This document shows, piece after piece, positions 58,978 to 64,000 of a stretch of DNA of 64,000 nucleotides. The number at the start of each line of letters is the position of its first letter. Positions within the stretch are counted from its first letter, which is position 1. Origin of the DNA: an uncultured Candidatus Saccharibacteria bacterium (GTDB lineage Bacteria > Patescibacteriota > Minisyncoccia > Ryanbacterales > GWA2-47-10b); the NCBI GenBank assembly GCA_964653715.1, contig CAZZGX010000027.1:1836-65835 (forward strand). The letters run 5' to 3'. The notes below the pieces were generated by a model. That model worked only from the letters and a program-made list of their open reading frames with translations. It searched no databases and was not told where the DNA came from. The position numbers and the translations under genes were made by a program.

Positions 58978-59580
58978 TTACTCGTAAACCACGAGCTTGT
59001 TGTCTCGGTGGTCAAGCGCGATTCGCGGTGGAAGACTCCACTCCTCTGCAAGTTTCTCGACCAGCTGGTCTGACGGCTTGGCAAGTTTGCAACTTTCGTC
59101 GCTAAGCTGGACCCAATTGCCGAACTTGCGCGCGTAGTAGCCATCATCACGCTTTTCTACACGGAACGCGTAGAAACTCGCTTGGTCCTTCGCCTGTGCC
59201 TTATACGCGCCTTTCTGTCCATGCTTGTCTGCGGCGCGTTCGCGGCAAACCGGGCAAGCGCGGTGAAGCTTCAAGAAATCAGAGAAACTGTAATAGGCAT
59301 TCCCGTAGCCGTGGGAATACTCCTCCCTCCCTTCGACGAGCAGGAGTTCTGCTCTACCCGTGGGAACAATTTCGGAGCAATAGGTGCACCAAGTCATTCC
59401 GCGAGCATGGAGTTCCTGCTGGAGAAGCTCGACGCGTTTCGCGCCGTATTCGCTAACTACCTGCCGGAGTGTCTGTTGCTTGGCGGAAAGTTTGAGTGAA
59501 ATCTGGTCGATGTTCTGTGCTGTACGCTCGGCCCGCTTACGCATGGCCAAAAGCTCTGTCGCCATCGCTTCTTGTGCCAT
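58978..59580 (-). CDS. Hypothetical coiled-coil protein with CxxC...CxxC zinc ribbon
   Basis: 200 aa. N-terminal heptad region, then CTYCSE-x27-CPVCRE. SD AAAGGAGAG 7 nt upstream. Local GC is above the window background. Confidence 0.55.
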   Translation of the reverse strand: MAQEAMATELLAMRKRAERTAQNIDQISLKLSAKQQTLRQVVSEYGAKRVELLQQELHARGMTWCTYCSEIVPTGRAELLLVEGREEYSHGYGNAYYSFSDFLKLHRACPVCRERAADKHGQKGAYKAQAKDQASFYAFRVEKRDDGYYARKFGNWVQLSDESCKLAKPSDQLVEKLAEEWSLPPRIALDHRDNKLVVYE

Positions 59581-59654
59581 AAAAAGCTCTCCTTTTTATG
59601 TTTGATTGTTGGAGTTCCATAAACAAGCTACCAAAAACAGCAATAAAAATCAAA

Positions 59655-59688
59655 CGAAAACAGAAACCATTTCAAATTTCTGTTTTCG
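59655..59688 (-). terminator. Terminator hairpin (CGAAAACAGAAA-N10-TTTCTGTTTTCG), T-rich on minus side
   Basis: Perfect 12-bp stem 30 nt downstream of the 59717 stop. Confidence 0.55.
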
Positions 59689-59716
59689 AAAAATCTTTAT
59701 GAAAAAAATTCTTTTG

Positions 59717-60001
59717 CTATTTGATTTTCCTCTCAAGACGAGCAACGCGGGTTTCGAGAAATTTAAACTCATCACGAGTTATTTGATTGTGGCGGATAAG
59801 CGCAAGTTCCGATTTCATAATATCAATATCGCCTTCGACTTTCATGAGCTTCTCGTCAATTTTATCTAATCTTCTCGTATGTTGTTTTGTCTCATCGCGG
59901 ACAAAATCCAAACTTTCTCCAAATACTCTAAAATCAGAGTGGATATTCTCTAAAACAATAGTATAAGCGTCTTTTTCTCTTATCTGCTTTCTCTTGGCCA
60001 T
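59717..60001 (-). CDS. Hypothetical coiled-coil protein (94 aa)
   Basis: Heptad-rich (…LDKIDEKLMKVEGDIDIMKSELALIRHNQITRDEFKFLETRVARLERKIK), AT-rich, with its own terminator. Confidence 0.45.
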   Translation of the reverse strand: MAKRKQIREKDAYTIVLENIHSDFRVFGESLDFVRDETKQHTRRLDKIDEKLMKVEGDIDIMKSELALIRHNQITRDEFKFLETRVARLERKIK

Positions 60002-60063
60002 AAATTTATCTTATCCCCAGAATCTACAAAAGTCAAAATAAGAATCTACAACTCCGTCTCAAA

Positions 60064-60150
60064 GCGGAGAGGGTGAGATTCGAACTCACGAGAGGATTGC
60101 TCCTCTGGCGGTTTTCAAGACCGCTGCCTTCAACCACTCAGCCACCTCTC
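60064..60150 (-). tRNA. tRNA-Ser (anticodon UGA), class II with long variable arm, CCA not encoded
   Basis: Hand fold: GGAGAGG-TG-GCT-GAGTGGTTGAA-GGC-A-GCGGT-CTTGAAA-ACCGC-CAGAGGAGCAATCCTCTC-GTGAG-TTCGAAT-CTCAC-CCTCTCC-G. Confidence 0.85.
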
Positions 60151-60195
60151 CGCTCTACTACGGAATCATTTCAAATTTTTAAGACCGCCGCCTTG

Positions 60196-60405
60196 TCGCG
60201 CTTATCACGCGGTTAAACATGACACGAGTCATGTTTAACGGGCTTCCCGCCTCGCCTCGATGGTGAGTCGAGGCGGGCGCCCGTCAAAAGCAACCCCATT
60301 GCTTTTGACCCACCCAGCCACCCCACCAGTGCAAATAGAATATCAAAATTGGGGCGAATTTCAACTTGAAAATAAATTCGGGGACGTTCCTTTTGGAACG
60401 TCCCC
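60196..60405. repeat. Cluster of four unrelated perfect/near-perfect GC-rich palindromes (stems 11-12 bp) plus minor AT palindromes
   Basis: 60212-60239 GTTAAACATGAC/GTCATGTTTAAC. About 60249-60279 CGCCTCGA/TCGAGGCG. 60283-60309 GTCAAAAGCAA/TTGCTTTTGAC. 60378-60405 CGGGGACGTTCC/GGAACGTCCCCG; the last also acts as terminator for the 60427 gene. Confidence 0.8.
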
Positions 60406-60426
60406 GACTCTTTGTTCGGCCAGCAA

Positions 60427-60735
60427 CTAGACCGGACGGATCTCGTGCACTTTGCGCTGCAACACGACGACCTTGCCATTGAGCGGCGTGGCCACCTGGA
60501 TGCGTTTGCCCACACGGCGGCGCACTTTGCCTGTGAACTCTCGCCTCCCATGCGTAAGCCTTACCTGGTCGCCCGGCGTAATCTTCACAGTGACGCCTTC
60601 GACGATGGTCCCATCTGGAAGGATCAGATCCCGTGGCTCCAGATGCTCGAGGCTCACCGGGGGTACAAACTCTTTGACCCCAGGCCGCAGGTATAGTAGA
60701 GCAGCAACTCCGATGAAAATCAGCAAAATGCTCAT
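60427..60735 (-). CDS. Hypothetical small membrane-anchored protein encoded in a 60+% GC segment
   Basis: 102 aa. SD GGAAGGAGG 6 nt upstream. N-terminal TM (MSILLIFIGVAALLYL) then a beta-rich domain (ILPDGTIVEGVTVKITPGDQVRL...). Hand-counted GC about 63% over 120 nt versus about 33-45% elsewhere. Confidence 0.55.
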   Translation of the reverse strand: MSILLIFIGVAALLYLRPGVKEFVPPVSLEHLEPRDLILPDGTIVEGVTVKITPGDQVRLTHGRREFTGKVRRRVGKRIQVATPLNGKVVVLQRKVHEIRPV

Positions 60736-60874
60736 TTCTGCCTCCTTCCTTCATTGTAAAACAGTTTCATGAACCCAAAAACATTATATCATAATTATAT
60801 TGATTGTCAATATTCGTATAAATCTATTGTTATGCGCGATACTTCGTGCTAGGGATAAGCAGTAATTTATACCA

Positions 60875-62092
60875 ATGAATACCACCAAGGTAGTACAAGA
60901 ACTTGCCCAAGGACCAACACTTTCCATTATCGCGCTTATTGACGCCCTCATAGAAGAAGCGCACGGCCTCCGCGCATCGGACATTCATATTGACCCCAAT
61001 GAAAAAGAAGTTAAAGTGCGCGTGCGCATCGACGGTGTACTGCAAGACACCTATTCCATTCCTAAAGAAATCCAATCTGAAGTTATAACGAGAATTAAAG
61101 TCCTCTCTGGACTCCGCACGGACGAGCACCAAGCGCCGCAGGACGGGCGTTTTAGAATCGTACTTGCAGAGCAAAGTCCAATTGATATTCGCGTATCCAT
61201 CGCGCCTTCTTATTACGGAGAAAATGCGGTTTTGCGTCTTCTTTCCGAACGATCAGAAAAATTCGCGCTTGAGATGCTTGGCTTCAGCGAAGAAAACCAA
61301 GAAAAAATCGCGCGCGCCATCAGAAACCCATATGGAATGATACTGGCAACGGGACCAACGGGATCAGGCAAAACCACGACGCTCTACACCATTTTAAAAC
61401 AGCTCAATACAAAAGAGGTTTCCATTATAACGATCGAAGATCCGATAGAATACGCGCTCGACGGAATCAACCAGATGCAGGTCAACGCGCGGAGCGGTCT
61501 CACGTTTGCAAACGGCCTTCGCTCTATTTTGCGTCAAGACCCTGACATCATCATGGTTGGCGAAATCCGCGATTCCGAAACCGCCGGGCTTGCGGTAAAC
61601 ACGGCGCTCACCGGTCACCTCGTTCTATCCACACTTCACACAAACGACGCGGCAACCACACTCCCCCGCATGCTTGATCTGGGTCTCGAGCCGTATCTCA
61701 TCACTGCCACGGTAAATCTAGTTATTGGCCAGCGACTTGTCAGAAAAATATGTAGAGAGTGCAAAAAAGAGCACGAACTTACGCCTGCGGAACAAAAAAG
61801 TCTCGCAACAACAAAAAATATCCCGGCCTCGTTTAGTCAAATGCGCTCGGTGTGGCGAGGAGCTGGCTGTGAAGCATGCAACGGCAGTGGCTATAGAGGA
61901 CGCCTCGGCATTTATGAGATCATCGAGGTCAACGACGAGCTCAGAAACGCCATGCTCGAGCGATGCTCGTCTGAAAATATAAAAAAAGTTGCGATCCAAC
62001 ATGGCATGAGAAGCATGGTCGAGGACGGTTTTAAAAAAGTATTCAGAGGTCTCACCACCTTCGAAGAAGTTCTCCGCGTCATCCATGAATAA
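60875..62092 (+). CDS. GspE/PilB-family secretion ATPase, short form (second copy)
   Basis: Walker A GPTGSGKTTT, Asp/His boxes, and a tetra-Cys motif (CRECKKEH...CEACNGSG) that marks GspE/PilB rather than PilT. 405 aa. Confidence 0.85.
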   Translation: MNTTKVVQELAQGPTLSIIALIDALIEEAHGLRASDIHIDPNEKEVKVRVRIDGVLQDTYSIPKEIQSEVITRIKVLSGLRTDEHQAPQDGRFRIVLAEQSPIDIRVSIAPSYYGENAVLRLLSERSEKFALEMLGFSEENQEKIARAIRNPYGMILATGPTGSGKTTTLYTILKQLNTKEVSIITIEDPIEYALDGINQMQVNARSGLTFANGLRSILRQDPDIIMVGEIRDSETAGLAVNTALTGHLVLSTLHTNDAATTLPRMLDLGLEPYLITATVNLVIGQRLVRKICRECKKEHELTPAEQKSLATTKNIPASFSQMRSVWRGAGCEACNGSGYRGRLGIYEIIEVNDELRNAMLERCSSENIKKVAIQHGMRSMVEDGFKKVFRGLTTFEEVLRVIHE

Positions 62093-63173
62093 GCCAAAAC
62101 TCTCCGCAATGTCTCTTTCTCTCTTCCGCACCCGTCTGTCGCTTCGGGATCAGGCGCTTTTTGCCAAACGCCTTTCGCTCCTCTCACGTGCAGGCGTAAC
62201 GCTGCTTGAATCGATCAACATCATGAACCGCCAGAGTAAGGGCGCTAGAAAAAAAATGTATGAGGAGATTGAGAATGATTTAGCAAACGGACAATATTTA
62301 TCAAAAAGTCTCGCGCGACACCACCATAGCTTTGGCAACTTTGCCATAAATATTATTCGAGTCGGCGAGACAACTGGCACGCTTTCAGATAATTTGCTCT
62401 ACCTCTCGGAAGAAATCGACAAAAAAAGAGAATTGCGAGGAAAAGTCATCGGCGCCCTTATCTACCCGATCATTATCATGGTATCAGCGCTCGCAATTGC
62501 CGGATTTTTAACGATTTACCTTTTTCCAAAACTTATGCCGGTGTTTCAAAGCTTAAACGTAAAGTTACCAATAACGACGCGAGCGCTCATCTGGATAAGC
62601 ACATTTCTCATCGCCTACGGGCCTTGGATAATCGCCGGCCTCGTGGTGGGATTGATCGCGCTTTTCATTGCGTTGCGGGATGAACGTGTTCGGTTCATTT
62701 TTGATCATTTTCTTTTAAAAATTCCTGTCATGGGCGATGTACTTCAGCACTATCATATCAGCAACACCTGCCGCACCATGGGGCTCCTATTAAAAAGCAA
62801 CGTGCGCGTCTTGGAATCTGTTACGGTGGCAGCAGAAACTTCAAGCAATTTGCCCTATAGATACGCGCTCGCGCACCTTAAGACCGCAATCACCAAAGGG
62901 TCAAATATCGCGAAACAACTCGAGAAAAAACCGGGTCTTTTCCCCATCATGCTCACCGAGATGATCGCAATCGGAGAGAAAACCGGTAATCTGTCCGAGA
63001 CGTTTCTCTATTTATCTGGAATCTACGAACAGGAACTTGATGAAAAAACTAAACGACTTTCCTCAACTATTGAACCCGCCATGATGCTGGGAATGGGACT
63101 GCTTGTCGGCTTTATCGCAGTCTCCATCATCACGCCTATTTATGAGGTTACGCAACACTTGCAACCAAGGTAG
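62085..63173 (+). CDS. GspF/PilC-family platform protein (second copy)
   Basis: Two T2SSF repeats and three TMs, translationally coupled to the upstream ATPase (8-nt overlap). Confidence 0.85.
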   Translation: MNKPKLSAMSLSLFRTRLSLRDQALFAKRLSLLSRAGVTLLESINIMNRQSKGARKKMYEEIENDLANGQYLSKSLARHHHSFGNFAINIIRVGETTGTLSDNLLYLSEEIDKKRELRGKVIGALIYPIIIMVSALAIAGFLTIYLFPKLMPVFQSLNVKLPITTRALIWISTFLIAYGPWIIAGLVVGLIALFIALRDERVRFIFDHFLLKIPVMGDVLQHYHISNTCRTMGLLLKSNVRVLESVTVAAETSSNLPYRYALAHLKTAITKGSNIAKQLEKKPGLFPIMLTEMIAIGEKTGNLSETFLYLSGIYEQELDEKTKRLSSTIEPAMMLGMGLLVGFIAVSIITPIYEVTQHLQPR

Positions 63174-63642
63174 GGAAAAAAGCAGCGCGGGAATTACCGT
63201 GACTGAAATTATGCTCGTCTTAGGCATTATGTCCATCGTGTCCGGATTTTCGCTCTTTGCCAACATGGATAGTTACCGTGGATACGCGTTTCGAGGAACC
63301 CGGGACATGTTGGTGGCAGTTTTACAAAAAGCCAGAAGCCAAAGTATTAACAACATGTGTTTTGGAAGCGCGTGTACTGACGGCAAACCACACGGAGTGC
63401 ATTTTACCCCCGGCCAATACGTCATTTTCCAAGGTGCAAGCTGGGCCGCGCGCGACGCCGCACTTGATGAAATTGTAAAAATTGAGAGCGCGAATGTGCA
63501 AGTAAGCGGGCCCGATATTGTTTTCGCGCAACTCTCAGGAAACGCGAGCCCAGCGGGAGGCGTCATCACCGTGGTCGATGATGCAAGCCACTCTTCAGTA
63601 ATCTCAGTTAATGGAGAGGGCCAGATACTTTGGACAAATTAA
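63142..63642 (+). CDS. Prepilin-like protein (atypical long leader, G-ITVTE motif)
   Basis: …KSSAGITVTEIMLVLGIMSIVSGF has G then E at +5. The only in-frame ATG upstream is at 63142, a 17-aa leader overlapping pilC2. Confidence 0.5.
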   Translation: MRLRNTCNQGREKSSAGITVTEIMLVLGIMSIVSGFSLFANMDSYRGYAFRGTRDMLVAVLQKARSQSINNMCFGSACTDGKPHGVHFTPGQYVIFQGASWAARDAALDEIVKIESANVQVSGPDIVFAQLSGNASPAGGVITVVDDASHSSVISVNGEGQILWTN

Positions 63643-63646
63643 TTAT

Positions 63647-64000
63647 ATGAAAAAGAACAACACAAAAACGGCAGGATTTTCAATATTTGAGATTCTCATC
63701 GCGATGACGATAATGATTGTCACCATTTCAGCGGTCGTTCTTGTCGCATTTGGCAACCAATCGGTTCTCATCGATAGCCAGACCAATACAGAGGCGATCG
63801 CAAAAGCGCAAGAACTTTTGGAGAGCGCGCAAGCTGCCGCCCGGAAAGATTTTAAACTGGTCAACCCAGTACCGTTAACGACGGCTACGGACGCGGACGG
63901 ATGGACCTACACAAAAAAAGTTGACATCACGGGATCTGATTTTTTCATGAAAGAGATCAAGGCCACTATTTCATGGCAGGGCGACCACAATAGGTCTCTC
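63647..64000 (+). CDS. Prepilin-type pilin/pseudopilin, 5' part (continues past window end; not in ORF track)
   Basis: Hand translation from ATG 63647: MKKNNTKTAGFSIFEILIAMTIMIVTISAVVLVAFGNQS..., a canonical GFxxxE class III signal. Confidence 0.8.
   Translation, partial: MKKNNTKTAGFSIFEILIAMTIMIVTISAVVLVAFGNQSVLIDSQTNTEAIAKAQELLESAQAAARKDFKLVNPVPLTTATDADGWTYTKKVDITGSDFFMKEIKATISWQGDHNRSL

Noticed and set aside
60196-60405. CRISPR array interpretation of the palindrome cluster
   Set aside because: The four palindromes differ in sequence, and there is no regular repeat-spacer periodicity. No cas genes are nearby.
60213-60772. Four overlapping ORFs (94-156 aa) on both strands in the GC-rich segment
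   Set aside because: High GC suppresses stop codons. Only the minus-strand 60427..60735 frame has an SD and a TM start. The others have no start signals and give low-complexity Arg/Gly/Pro-rich translations.

Overview
The window is a dense, compact piece of a low-GC bacterial chromosome (about 45% GC by eye). Its streamlined housekeeping genes, truncated AlaRS and L13, and heavy investment in type IV pili (T4P) suggest a small-genome, CPR/Patescibacteria-like organism; that is inference. No CRISPR array, rRNA, transposase or integrase is visible.

Layout, left to right:
- 1-11.6 kb, plus strand: aspS 3' end, scpA, scpB, a PBP5-like carboxypeptidase, mraY, an amidohydrolase inserted in the cell-wall cluster, murD, ftsW, murG, gltX and an M23 peptidase.
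- 11.8-12.2 kb: a 400-nt spacer with an imperfect repeat, then an Fe-S PD-(D/E)XK nuclease (RecB/Cas4-like) and an Ada-like-domain membrane protein.
- 13.8-21.9 kb: rpmA, a hidden small zinc-ribbon ORF, pyrG, rplI, ctpA, corA with a variant signature motif, cysS, dnaB and recR.
- 22.0-24.1 kb: an accessory patch beside tRNA-Lys(UUU). It holds an orphan ParE/RelE-like toxin gene, a secreted collagen-triplet/beta-helix repeat protein and two tandem paralogs of an unknown family.
- 24.5-29.7 kb, minus strand: a complete hrcA-grpE-dnaK-(membrane protein)-dnaJ heat-shock operon with a perfect CIRCE operator.
- 30.2-34.1 kb, minus strand: rpsI-rplM-rplQ-rpoA-rpsD-rpsK-rpsM-rpmJ-infA. rpmJ was absent from the ORF track and was found by hand.
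- 34.1-47.3 kb, minus strand: alaS, mnmA, mltG, a GT-C glycosyltransferase, a Cys-rich secreted protein, glucokinase, PGI/PMI, malic enzyme and an SDR.
- 47.4-58.1 kb, minus strand: a T4P locus of major pilin, a PilM-PilN-SH3b fusion, a PilX-like protein, three pseudopilins (one a 1013-aa giant with about 14 beta-propeller blades), pilC and pilB. A sensor-less histidine kinase and a CheY-like receiver sit between pilB and pilC.
- 58.1-60.9 kb: an XRE regulator, then a 2.5-kb islet. Its parts are a consensus promoter and SD driving an ORF that reads through its own terminator, two coiled-coil genes (one with a zinc ribbon), tRNA-Ser(UGA), four perfect GC-rich palindromes, and a 63%-GC membrane-protein gene.
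- 60.9-64.0 kb, plus strand: a second, divergently oriented GspE-like ATPase, PilC paralog and two prepilins.

The most unusual candidates are the islet between the two pilus modules and the giant propeller pseudopilin locus with its embedded two-component pair.
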